Both the position numbers and the translations under genes were made by a program. Positions 17,034-25,343 of a stretch of DNA of 64,000 nt are shown here, one piece after another. Each line of letters opens with the position of its first letter. Position 1 is the stretch's first letter. The notes below the pieces were generated by a model. The model searched no databases and was not told the DNA's origin. It worked only from the letters and a program-made list of their open reading frames with translations. Origin of the DNA: an uncultured Gammaproteobacteria bacterium (GTDB lineage Bacteria > Patescibacteriota > Microgenomatia > PFEM01 > JAPLYW01); assembly GCA_965230945.1 (NCBI GenBank), contig OZ246397.1, positions 539,925 through 603,924 of the forward strand. Reading direction: 5' to 3'.

Positions 17034-18128
17034 ATGTCAGAATCAAAGATGCCAAAAGAAAAGGTAGAAATTGAATATTCAGGAACGAATCCTCTTATTA
17101 ATTCAGGAAAAGAGGCAATTGAAAATTACAAAAAAATAGCTGAGGAGAATAAGAAGGATGTTTCTGGAGAAGCTTACAAAAAGGTTCTCAGACAAACGGC
17201 AAGGATTCTCGCAACAACATTACCTCTTCCTCTTCTTACTGCTTGTGCCGCTTGTGAGAAACCACCGGTCGTTGAGGAACAGCAGCAGGAAGAAGGGAAA
17301 GGACAGGAGACAGTTCCTTCTGAAACAGCTGAAACAGAAAAGGAGACTGTTCAGGAAGAAACTCCTCCGGTGGTTGAAGAGACTCCTGAAAAAATTGAAT
17401 GGGAAGGGGTCACCATTTCCCCAGTAGAAGGCTTAAAGTTTGATAAGGGAGATTTCTATTTTATGGAAGGAAATGAATATGGCGGGATACCTGGAGAAAA
17501 AGCAGGAGTTTTGGTTAAAGATGGCTTAGAGGTTAATGGGAAAATGGAAAATGCCATTGGTTTAGATCCAATGGTAATTGAGTTTAAAGAAAAAGAGATA
17601 TTTAAGGAAACCAAAGAGCGTTTATTACCTATTCTTATTGACCTAACCAAGTCTAAGGACGTAAAACTACAGGAATTAAATGCAGCAGGAGCAGAAATTG
17701 GTAGAAAAGTTTTAGCTTTCAATGTTGCTATTGGGACGGAGTTTTTGTCACCTCTTTCTGGAAGTTGGGGTATGTTTAAACCCTTTCCGAATGTTGAAGA
17801 TAAATGCTTTTTTATTAATTGGGATATTGGAGTGGAAGGACAATTGGGTGGGTGGGATATCTATTTTAGAGATGCGGAAGTTTTGGCCAAAATGGAAAAA
17901 GAGGTATCAATTCTTAACCCTAAAGATACTAATAGACAGACTCTTATGGAAACAGAAGTCAAATTAGGCGACCCCTTAGGAAAAATTACAAGTAACACTC
18001 CCTTAGAAGAATTTTCCAAAAGTGGCTGGGGTGATTATCAAATTGTAGCTTTTCTTAAAAATAAAGATAGAATTATGGAAGTTGGTAGCGGAGCTGATGC
18101 TTGCAAGGTTTTTATTTTTAACCAATAA
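17034..18128 (+). CDS. Putative lipoprotein with E/T/P-rich linker, hypothetical
   Basis: Lipobox-like LPLLTAC after a roughly 55-aa polar N-terminus; acidic low-complexity linker; no known domain recognised. Confidence 0.5.
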   Translation: MSESKMPKEKVEIEYSGTNPLINSGKEAIENYKKIAEENKKDVSGEAYKKVLRQTARILATTLPLPLLTACAACEKPPVVEEQQQEEGKGQETVPSETAETEKETVQEETPPVVEETPEKIEWEGVTISPVEGLKFDKGDFYFMEGNEYGGIPGEKAGVLVKDGLEVNGKMENAIGLDPMVIEFKEKEIFKETKERLLPILIDLTKSKDVKLQELNAAGAEIGRKVLAFNVAIGTEFLSPLSGSWGMFKPFPNVEDKCFFINWDIGVEGQLGGWDIYFRDAEVLAKMEKEVSILNPKDTNRQTLMETEVKLGDPLGKITSNTPLEEFSKSGWGDYQIVAFLKNKDRIMEVGSGADACKVFIFNQ

Positions 18129-18147
18129 ATTTTCTCAATTACTCATA

Positions 18148-18177
18148 TTGACAAATTTTGATTTGAAGAGATAAACT
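18148..18177 (+). promoter_or_regulatory. Sigma70-like promoter candidate
   Basis: TTGACA (18148-18153), 18 nt spacer, TAAACT (18172-18177); upstream of 18190. Confidence 0.35.
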
Positions 18178-18189
18178 AAATTAGGGATA

Positions 18190-18819
18190 ATGTCTAAAAA
18201 AATTAAAGTTTTTCTGTCCTTAATATCCTTAGTTTCTGTCGTTGCAACTGTGGGGATATTTTTTGATTTTGGTTTTAAAAAATTATTCTTAAAATCAAAA
18301 ATTTTTCCGTCCGAAAATAAAAAAACGGTTATTTCAAATATAACCCCAACCCCTTCTCCCGTCTTGGAATTTGTAGAATTACTTCATCTCCCTGAAGGTG
18401 CTTTAGATTTAACTTTACCTGTTGAAAGAAGTTATTTCGAAGCCATGAAAGAAAATACTCCAAAATATCCTGATGCTATTTCATTTAATCTTAATGAAAA
18501 TGAGGAAGTTAAAGCTATTTTTGATGGAAAAGTTGTGAGTGTTCAATATGTTGATAAGGAAACTATTGGGGATCAACCTAATGATTTTCTTACAATTTGG
18601 ATTGAAAGCAGAGATGAAATGCTAGTAGCTAGTTATCTTGTTGCAGGAGAATTTTTATTAAAAGAAAATGAGGAAATAAGATCCGGAGAAAGCTTAGCTA
18701 GAATTGGGAAAGGGATTGTTCCCTTTAGCAATGATGCTAATTTTAGTTTAACTATTATGAAATTGGAAGATGATGAATATAAAACAATAGCTTTAGATAA
18801 AGGAATGTTTTTACGATGA
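18190..18819 (+). CDS. Membrane-anchored hypothetical protein, possibly a degenerate LytM/M23-like barrel
   Basis: N-terminal TM helix. The C-terminal pattern VKAIFDGKVVSV...GESLARIG recalls M23 topology, but no HxxxD/HxH metal ligands are seen. Confidence 0.3.
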   Translation: MSKKIKVFLSLISLVSVVATVGIFFDFGFKKLFLKSKIFPSENKKTVISNITPTPSPVLEFVELLHLPEGALDLTLPVERSYFEAMKENTPKYPDAISFNLNENEEVKAIFDGKVVSVQYVDKETIGDQPNDFLTIWIESRDEMLVASYLVAGEFLLKENEEIRSGESLARIGKGIVPFSNDANFSLTIMKLEDDEYKTIALDKGMFLR

Positions 18820-20708
18820 GAAAAATGAAATTAATAAAAGTTAATTTTTTATTTAGGGTTTTATTAATAATTCTTTCTTTCTTTGCCTTCCTTTTTATCT
18901 TTAGGTCTTCAGCTTTAGCAGCTTTGTGGCCTTGCGTAGATTGCTACGATTGCAGCAGATGTGCTGCTTCATGTGGTAATGCTGGGACTGGGTCTTGGGT
19001 TTATGAGGGTTGTGGCAGGAATCGCTGCCCTCCAACTCAAACTTATCGATGGAGAAACATTCTTACCTGTTACTGTGGTAGATATCGTATTTGTAGAGTT
19101 GAAGATGGGTGTGTGAATAGTCCGAGCTGCGTGCCAGCTTGTTCTAATACATCTGACTGTGGTCATACATGTGCAGCTAATGGTTGTGATGCTTGTGCCT
19201 GTGATGGTGATTCTCGAAGTAGTTCCTATAACTGGACTTCTTTAGGTTGTTCAAGAGATTGTAGAACCTGTTATTGCGGTAGAATTAGATGTAGCTGTAC
19301 TGGATGGTCAAATAGATCCTGTGGAGGAGGAAGTTGTTCTTCTACCAAAATGCTCCAAACAAGGACGTGTACGCCTTCCGGTTGTAGCTCTACTTCAAGA
19401 TGTGTGAGTACTTCTGCTTGTCAGTGTAGCTGCTCTGGATGGTCAAATGGATCCTGTGGAGGAGGAAGTTGTTCATCATTGCAGAGACTTCAGACTCGTA
19501 CTTGTACGCCTTCTGGCTGTAGTTCTACTTCTAGGTGTGTTGGCGACTCTAGTTGTTGTCAGTGTACTAGTTGGGTAAATGGTGCTTGTGGTCCAGATGG
19601 GAGTTGTGCGGTAGGACAACGCAGGCAGACAAGAACTTGTAGCCCTTCTGGTTGCAGTTCTACTTCTCGGTGTGTGATTGATGCTAGTTGTAATGCGTCA
19701 TGCACTATTAATTTATCCCCCATATCTCTGACTTTAAGTACAGGAAGATCTGATCTAATCACTGCTGAGGTAAGTGTGGAGAATGCAACCGTGGATAGAG
19801 TAGATTTTTCCTCTAATAATCCTAGTGTAGCTTCCGTTGATCCTTCTAGTGACTCAGGTTCTCCTTATCGTACTCAAGCAACAGGTGTAGATGTTGGAGA
19901 AGCGGAGGTAAGTGCTCAGGCTATTTTGAATCCCTCTGGCTCATGTAATACGAGTACACCTACCAGTATAACGGTAGAATTCGGTGGCTGGTTCCAAACC
20001 CAAGGTGGTACCATTCATGCAGAAGGTAATCTGTCTAATAAAATTCCTTCCACAGCCAGCGATAGGAACTTATCTATGGCTGTAGGTGGTTTTCCAGGAG
20101 TTATCTCTCATCAATCAGCAATAGAGGCTAATTTTGGTGAAGGTTATCCTTCCAATGATGATCCTAATCATTGGCTAGCCAAATCTTCCTACCAAGGCAA
20201 GAACTTTGGTTCTTGGGGGTTCTTTGTTAAGAAATACAGTACCAGGATGACAGAGAACTTTGATGGCACCCTTCCAAACAAAGACGGTATTTATTATTCC
20301 GGATCAGGCAAAACACTACAGGGAAACTGGAAATTGCCTGCTAACCGCTGGTTGATAATTATGGTTGAAGGCAATATTAACATTCCTGTAGACATTACTG
20401 TTCCAGACACCAGTTTTTTAGCTTTGGTAAGCGCCAATGATATTATCTTTGAAAGCTCTGTTTCCCAAGCCCAAGGCATGTTTATAGCTGATGGAAGTAT
20501 AGACACCAATACCGGTTCAACCCAGTTTCAAGCTGAAGGCTTCTTTGCTGCTTCCCAGTTTATCCTAAGCAGGGACCTAGAAGATAACAACCCAACCACA
20601 CCTGCAGAATTATTTACTTTCAGACCAGACTTTCTTATCAATTCCTATAAAGATGCTGATAATAATCTTTGGTGGTTTGATTTTAAATGGGAGGAAATAG
20701 CCCCATAA
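18816..20708 (+). CDS. Secreted Cys-rich protein with TSP1-like (WSxxSCGGGSC...QTRTC) repeats, a Big_2-like Ig domain and an uncharacterised C-terminal domain
   Basis: Signal peptide (ends SSALA); about 70 Cys in the first 300 aa; three clear repeats of roughly 43 aa; Big_2-like ITAEVSVENATVDRVDFSSNNPSVASVDP. Confidence 0.6.
   Translation: MRKMKLIKVNFLFRVLLIILSFFAFLFIFRSSALAALWPCVDCYDCSRCAASCGNAGTGSWVYEGCGRNRCPPTQTYRWRNILTCYCGRYRICRVEDGCVNSPSCVPACSNTSDCGHTCAANGCDACACDGDSRSSSYNWTSLGCSRDCRTCYCGRIRCSCTGWSNRSCGGGSCSSTKMLQTRTCTPSGCSSTSRCVSTSACQCSCSGWSNGSCGGGSCSSLQRLQTRTCTPSGCSSTSRCVGDSSCCQCTSWVNGACGPDGSCAVGQRRQTRTCSPSGCSSTSRCVIDASCNASCTINLSPISLTLSTGRSDLITAEVSVENATVDRVDFSSNNPSVASVDPSSDSGSPYRTQATGVDVGEAEVSAQAILNPSGSCNTSTPTSITVEFGGWFQTQGGTIHAEGNLSNKIPSTASDRNLSMAVGGFPGVISHQSAIEANFGEGYPSNDDPNHWLAKSSYQGKNFGSWGFFVKKYSTRMTENFDGTLPNKDGIYYSGSGKTLQGNWKLPANRWLIIMVEGNINIPVDITVPDTSFLALVSANDIIFESSVSQAQGMFIADGSIDTNTGSTQFQAEGFFAASQFILSRDLEDNNPTTPAELFTFRPDFLINSYKDADNNLWWFDFKWEEIAP
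19290..19694 (+). repeat. In-frame tandem coding repeats (3 copies of roughly 130 nt) inside the Cys-rich protein gene
   Basis: CSCTGWSNRSCGGGSCSSTKMLQTRTCTPSGCSSTSRCV / CSCSGWSNGSCGGGSCSSLQRLQTRTCTPSGCSSTSRCV / CQCTSWVNGACGPDGSCAVGQRRQTRTCSPSGCSSTSRCV. Confidence 0.7.
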
Positions 20709-20931
20709 AAAACCATCTGCGGTAAAGAATCTAAGTTCTAGAAGAGGGCAAAGCTAATCAACTAGTTTTTTCTAAAAGATTCTTGCTCTTTTTATAATAT
20801 TTTCTCCTAAAAGTTAAATCTATAGTTGAGTCTTTAATATTTTTCTGCTAAAATATACTCATTACACACATCGGTTGTTGTTTTTCTGATAAGCTTCTGA
20901 CCGATGGCGGAATAAGAAAAACATTGTTTTT

Positions 20932-21648
20932 ATGTCTAAATTGAAGATTGAACTGAAAGATTTGCTTGATGCGGGTGCTCATTTTGGGCATCAGTCGCAT
21001 CGTTGGCATCCTCAGATGGCTCCTTATCTTTATGGAGCTCGTGATGGTATTCATATCTTTGATTTAGTTAAGACTAAAGAAGGATTAGAAAGAGCCATTG
21101 AATTTGTAAAGAAGACTGTTTCTGAAGGTGGCAAGATTATTTTTGTAGGTACCAAACGTCAAGCTCAAGCAATTATTAAAGAAGAAGCCTTAAAGGCTAA
21201 AATGCCTTTTATCACTGAGAGATGGATGGGTGGTATCATTACTAATTGGGATCATATCAAGTTGTCTGTGGAAAAATTAAAAGACTTAAAAGAAAAGAAA
21301 GAAGCAGGAGAGTTTGAAAAGTACACTAAAAAAGAAAATATTTTAATTGATCGAGAAGTTGCTAGGTTGGAGAGATTTTTCGGCGGCTTGGTTGATTTAG
21401 AAGAATTACCAGCAGCTATCTTTGTTATTGATGTTAAGAAAGAAAAAGCAGCTGTTAAGGAGGCTTCTATGAAAGAGATTCCGGTAATAGCCGTGGTTGA
21501 TTCTAATTCTGACCCTAATTTAATAGATTATGTAATTCCGGCTAATGATGATGCCATTGGTTCAATTAAGCTTATTTCTGAGATGATTGGTCTAGCTGCT
21601 CAAGAGGGTAGAGAAATTTTTGATAAGAAAAAAGTTGATAAAAAATAA
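20932..21648 (+). CDS. rpsB: 30S ribosomal protein S2
   Basis: LLDAGAHFGHQSHRWHPQM, FVGTKRQA; rpsB-tsf-frr order. Confidence 0.95.
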   Translation: MSKLKIELKDLLDAGAHFGHQSHRWHPQMAPYLYGARDGIHIFDLVKTKEGLERAIEFVKKTVSEGGKIIFVGTKRQAQAIIKEEALKAKMPFITERWMGGIITNWDHIKLSVEKLKDLKEKKEAGEFEKYTKKENILIDREVARLERFFGGLVDLEELPAAIFVIDVKKEKAAVKEASMKEIPVIAVVDSNSDPNLIDYVIPANDDAIGSIKLISEMIGLAAQEGREIFDKKKVDKK

Positions 21649-21650
21649 TT

Positions 21651-22133
21651 ATGAAGATTACCTTAGAACAAGTTAAAAAATTAAGAGCTAAAACCAGAGT
21701 TGGTATTATGGATTGCCGTCAAGCTTTAGAAGAATGTGGGGGTGATTTTATTAAGGCCGAGAAATGGCTTAAGGAAAAAGGTTTTAAAGCAAGTAAGAAA
21801 AGAGAAAGTAGAGAAACTTCTCAAGGTATGATTGAAGTTTACAGTCATAGTGATGGCAAGATTGTTGGTATGGTTGAGCTTTTATGTGAGACTGATTTTG
21901 TTTGCCGCAACAAAGAGTTTAAAAAACTGGCTCATGAATTGGCTATGCAGGTAGTTGCCATGAATCCTAAGGATAAAAAAGAACTCTTAAAACAGCCTTG
22001 GATTAGAGATGAATCGCAGACAATTGAAGAGCTGCTTAATAGTTTGATTGCCAAAACCGGAGAAAATGTTAAAATTGGGAGAATAGCTAGGTTTGAACTT
22101 GGGGAAGAACAAAAGAGGGAAAAAGCAAAATAA
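21651..22133 (+). CDS. tsf: Elongation factor Ts, short form (160 aa)
   Basis: UBA-like N-terminus VKKLRAKTRVGIMDCRQALEECGGDFIKAEKWLKEKG, ETDFVCRN; position after rpsB. Confidence 0.85.
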   Translation: MKITLEQVKKLRAKTRVGIMDCRQALEECGGDFIKAEKWLKEKGFKASKKRESRETSQGMIEVYSHSDGKIVGMVELLCETDFVCRNKEFKKLAHELAMQVVAMNPKDKKELLKQPWIRDESQTIEELLNSLIAKTGENVKIGRIARFELGEEQKREKAK

Positions 22134-22138
22134 TCTTT

Positions 22139-22690
22139 ATGGAATTGACAGAAGTTGGCGATAAAATGGACAGAGTCATTGAGTTTTTTGTCGATGACCT
22201 GCGTTCCCTGCGGGCCGGTCGGGCCAGTCCCTCTTTGATTGAAAAGATTGTGGTTGAAGCTTATGATTCTAAGATGCCTCTAGTGGAATTGGCCACCATT
22301 GTTTCTTCAGATGCCAATCAGCTGACAATTACCCCCTTTGATCAAACAATTATTAGGAATATTGAAAGAGCTTTAAGTATGGATAGAAATTTAGGTTTGA
22401 TTGTTAGGCCTGAAGAGAGTGCTATTAGGGTTGAATTTCCGCCTTTAACAGAAGAAAGAAGGCAAGAATTTAGCAAGCTTTTAAGGCAAAAGGTTGAATC
22501 AGCCAGGGTTATGATCAGACAGATTCGTCATGAGAAGATTACCGAGATAAAAAAAGCTTTTGAAAACAAAGAGATTGACGAAAACAGCAAGTTTAATCAA
22601 GAAAAAGAACTGCAAAAATTGACCGATGAGTTTAATAAGAAAATTGAAGAAATTGGTCAGCAAAAAGAGAAAGAATTGCTTTCAATTTAG
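22139..22690 (+). CDS. frr: Ribosome recycling factor
   Basis: LRSLRAGRASPSLIE, LTEERRQE, IRQIRHE. Confidence 0.95.
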   Translation: MELTEVGDKMDRVIEFFVDDLRSLRAGRASPSLIEKIVVEAYDSKMPLVELATIVSSDANQLTITPFDQTIIRNIERALSMDRNLGLIVRPEESAIRVEFPPLTEERRQEFSKLLRQKVESARVMIRQIRHEKITEIKKAFENKEIDENSKFNQEKELQKLTDEFNKKIEEIGQQKEKELLSI

Positions 22691-22718
22691 TCTACTTTTT
22701 ATTAGTTATTAATTTTGT

Positions 22719-23894
22719 ATGTGGTTAACCTTAATCACTTTTTTAATCGTTTTTTCCGTTATTATCTTAGTCCATGAGCTAGGTCATTTTTGGATAGCCA
22801 GAAAAGCCGGTATTAAGGTAGAGGAGTTTGGTTTTGGTTTTCCCCCTCGGCTTACGGGAAAAAAGATTGGTAAAACCTTTTTTTCCTTAAACTGGTTGCC
22901 TTTTGGAGGTTTTGTCAGGCTTTTTGGTGAGGAACTAGTCAAGGATTACAAAAAGAAAGGTAAGGATTACAAAGAGGCTTTTTGGTATAAATCCAAGCGG
23001 GCGAGAATAGCCGTTTTAGTGGCCGGTGTTTTAGCTAATTTTCTTTTGGCTATTGTTTGTTTTTCTATAGTTTATTCTATTTCCGGTATTCCCACTCAAA
23101 CTGATAGGGTAAATATAGTGGCTGTTTTACCTGATTCCCCAGCTGCAGAACTGGATTTAAAGGAAAATGATATTGTTTTGAGTGTTGATGAAGTGAAAGT
23201 TAATGACTTAAATCACTTTGTTGATTTAATTGATCAAAGAAAAGGTAAAGAAGTTAAGCTTTTGCTGGAAAGAAAAAAGGACAACCCTTGTTTAGAAGGA
23301 ATTTTAGATGATGAACAGAAATTTAGTTGTCAAGATAGCAACTTGCTTTTAGGAATAGAACCTCGAGAAAATCCGCCTGAGGGAGAGGGCTCTTTAGGGG
23401 TTCTTGTTTCTAATGTTGAAGTTAAAAAATATCCTCTGTGGCAGATGCCTTTTAGGGGAACAGTTGAAGGTTTTAAGGTAGCCTTTGCTTTGGTGGGCTT
23501 AATTGTTTCTGGTTTAGGCAAGATGTTGCTTAATTTAGTTGCCCACGGTCAGGTGCCTACAGAAGTGGCTGGACCAGTAGGCATTATGCAAATGACTGGC
23601 ATGGTAGCCAAGTCGGGGATAATAGCTGTCTTACAATTTACAGGTTTGATTTCTGTTAACTTGGCTATTATAAATGTCTTGCCTTTCCCGGCTTTAGATG
23701 GGGGAAGATTGGTTTTTATTCTTTATGAAGCGGTGACTAAAAAAAGACCTAAACCTTCTTTTGAATCATGGACTAATGCCCTTGGTATGGCCTTTTTAAT
23801 AGCCCTTTTGGTTTTGGTAACCATCAACGATATAAAAAGACTAATGGTGACCACTAATATTCTACAAAAGATAAGGGCGATTTTGCCGTTTTAG
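22719..23894 (+). CDS. rseP: Site-2 protease RseP/RasP (M50) with PDZ domain
   Basis: HELGHFWIARKAGI zinc motif, PDZ-like SPAAELDLKENDIVLSVD, LPFPALDGG. Confidence 0.85.
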   Translation: MWLTLITFLIVFSVIILVHELGHFWIARKAGIKVEEFGFGFPPRLTGKKIGKTFFSLNWLPFGGFVRLFGEELVKDYKKKGKDYKEAFWYKSKRARIAVLVAGVLANFLLAIVCFSIVYSISGIPTQTDRVNIVAVLPDSPAAELDLKENDIVLSVDEVKVNDLNHFVDLIDQRKGKEVKLLLERKKDNPCLEGILDDEQKFSCQDSNLLLGIEPRENPPEGEGSLGVLVSNVEVKKYPLWQMPFRGTVEGFKVAFALVGLIVSGLGKMLLNLVAHGQVPTEVAGPVGIMQMTGMVAKSGIIAVLQFTGLISVNLAIINVLPFPALDGGRLVFILYEAVTKKRPKPSFESWTNALGMAFLIALLVLVTINDIKRLMVTTNILQKIRAILPF

Positions 23895-23919
23895 ATTTTC
23901 TGCTATACTGAATTAGTCT

Positions 23920-24036
23920 ATGCTTTATTCAAAACTTTTTGGAAAAACAATAAAGGCAGCTCCTAAAAAAGCAGAAGCTATTTCCCATCAGTATCTTGTT
24001 AAAGCTGATTTTATAATTAATTTACTTGAAGTTTAA
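23920..24036 (+). pseudogene. proS: 38-codon stub matching the N-terminus of bacterial-type prolyl-tRNA synthetase
   Basis: Manual read: MLYSKLFGKTIKAAPKKAEAISHQYLVKADFIINLLEV-stop. Compare E. coli ProRS [32 protein letters not shown]. It sits at the rseP-proS position conserved in, for example, B. subtilis. Confidence 0.55.
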
Positions 24037-24043
24037 ATTTTTT

Positions 24044-24883
24044 ATGAAAAGAATTGTTATTCATATTAATCCAGATTTGGATGCTGTTGCTTCAGTTTGG
24101 CTTATCAAAAGATTTTTGCCTCGTTGGGAAAAAGCAGAAATAGGTTTCTGTCAGGCAGAAACAACTTTTGATGGGAAGCCAGTAGATAGTGATCCTGATA
24201 TTTTACATCTTGATGTTGGTTTAGGTAAACTTGATCATCATCAAACTGATTGTTTTACTTCGGCAGTTAAACTCACTTTAGATTTCATCTTAGAAAAAAG
24301 AAAAGGACAAGAGTTGAGCCCTTTAGATTTAGAGGCTTTAGAGCTCATGGTAGAAACGATTAATGAAATTGATAATGCGCGAGATTTGAATTGGCCGGAA
24401 GTTAAAAAAGAGCGTTATGATTTTTATCTCCATTCTATTTTAAGTGGTTTAAGAAGAATGGGGAAAACTGATATTGAACTAGTTGAATACGGTTTTTTAG
24501 GGCTAAATGCTGTTTTTAAGAATCTTAAAGCAGGGATAAAAGCCAAAGAAGAAATAAAAAAGGGGATTGAATTTCAGACTCCTTGGGGAAAGGCAATTGC
24601 CTTGGAGACCGGTAATGAATTATTTTTATGGGAAAGTGAAAAAGCTGGTTATTATTTAGTGGTTAAAAAGGATCCTGACGATGGTGATGTTAGAATTTAT
24701 GCTCGTTATGATAGTGATGTTGATTTGAAAAATGTTTATCAAAAATTTAAAGAGATGGATAAAGAATCTGATTGGTTTTTACACGCTTCCGGTAAGTTGT
24801 TATTAAATGGATCTCGGGTTAAAAAGATGAAACCAACAAAGTTAAGTTTAGAGCAAGTAATTGGGGTGTTGAAAAATGGTTGA
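24044..24883 (+). CDS. DHH-family phosphoesterase-like protein
   Basis: HINPDLDAVAS (DHH motif I), HLDVG, KLDHHQ (motif III); no DHHA1 GGGH seen. ATG 24044 is preferred over TTG 24026. Confidence 0.45.
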   Translation: MKRIVIHINPDLDAVASVWLIKRFLPRWEKAEIGFCQAETTFDGKPVDSDPDILHLDVGLGKLDHHQTDCFTSAVKLTLDFILEKRKGQELSPLDLEALELMVETINEIDNARDLNWPEVKKERYDFYLHSILSGLRRMGKTDIELVEYGFLGLNAVFKNLKAGIKAKEEIKKGIEFQTPWGKAIALETGNELFLWESEKAGYYLVVKKDPDDGDVRIYARYDSDVDLKNVYQKFKEMDKESDWFLHASGKLLLNGSRVKKMKPTKLSLEQVIGVLKNG

Positions 24884-25199
24884 TTGTATTTTTTGTCAAA
24901 TTGCTCAAAAAAAGATACCAGCAGAGATTGTTTATGAAGATAAAAAGATCATTGCTTTTAATGATGTTAACCCTAAAGCACCTGTCCATATCTTAATTAT
25001 TCCTAAGAAACATATTAAAGATTTTATTAGTTCTGGAAAATTCTTTCCTAAGATTTTAAAAGTTGCTAAAGACTTAATTAAAAAGTATAATTTAGATAGG
25101 AATGGTTATAGATTAGTAGTCAATGGCAGGAGTGCAGCGCTTGTCGATCATTTACATTTACATCTTTTAGGAAAAATAACTGTTGATAGGAATGTTTAG
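24876..25199 (+). CDS. HIT (histidine triad) family nucleotide hydrolase
   Basis: CIFCQI zinc-like start, AFNDVNPKAPVHILIIPKKH, HLHLHLLG triad. The C-terminal half (NGRSAALVDHLHLHLLGK) is off-consensus. Confidence 0.85.
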   Translation: MVDCIFCQIAQKKIPAEIVYEDKKIIAFNDVNPKAPVHILIIPKKHIKDFISSGKFFPKILKVAKDLIKKYNLDRNGYRLVVNGRSAALVDHLHLHLLGKITVDRNV

Positions 25200-25236
25200 G
25201 GGAAGTTATTCTAATAGGGTAAATTATTTTTAAGTA

Positions 25237-25307
25237 CGGGGCGTAGCTCAAAATAGAGCAGCGTACTTGGTGTACGATGTATAGTGGTTTAAATCCATTC
25301 GCCCCGA
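25237..25307 (+). tRNA. Aberrant tRNA-Pro(UGG)-like gene, 71 nt, no encoded CCA
   Basis: Hand-folded cloverleaf. Acceptor CGGGGCG/CGCCCCG with C1:G72 and A73 (bacterial tRNA-Pro identity). D arm GCTC-AAAATA-GAGC (no G18G19). Anticodon arm GCGTA-CTTGGTG-TACGA (anticodon TGG at 25268-25270, U at position 37, 27:43 mismatch). T arm AGTGG-TTTAAAT-CCATT (no C56). Confidence 0.65.
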
Positions 25308-25343
25308 CAAATTTAAAGAGATTAAGAAATAATATGATTTTCT

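Noticed and set aside
17158-17427. An 89-aa basic ORF nested in another frame of the lipoprotein gene. Similar nested or antisense ORFs occur at 1752-1970, 4245-4542, 9297-9652, 11737-12282, 14217-14699, 39141-39410, 46038-46625 and 63296-63577.
   Set aside because: These are shadow ORFs of longer, better-supported genes. Their compositions (K/R- or S/F/L-rich) are typical of out-of-frame or antisense reading of AT-rich coding DNA.
19290-19694. Tandem repeats that might suggest a CRISPR-like or satellite array.
   Set aside because: They are in-frame protein repeats inside a long ORF, with no spacer/repeat alternation. There is no CRISPR array anywhere in the window.
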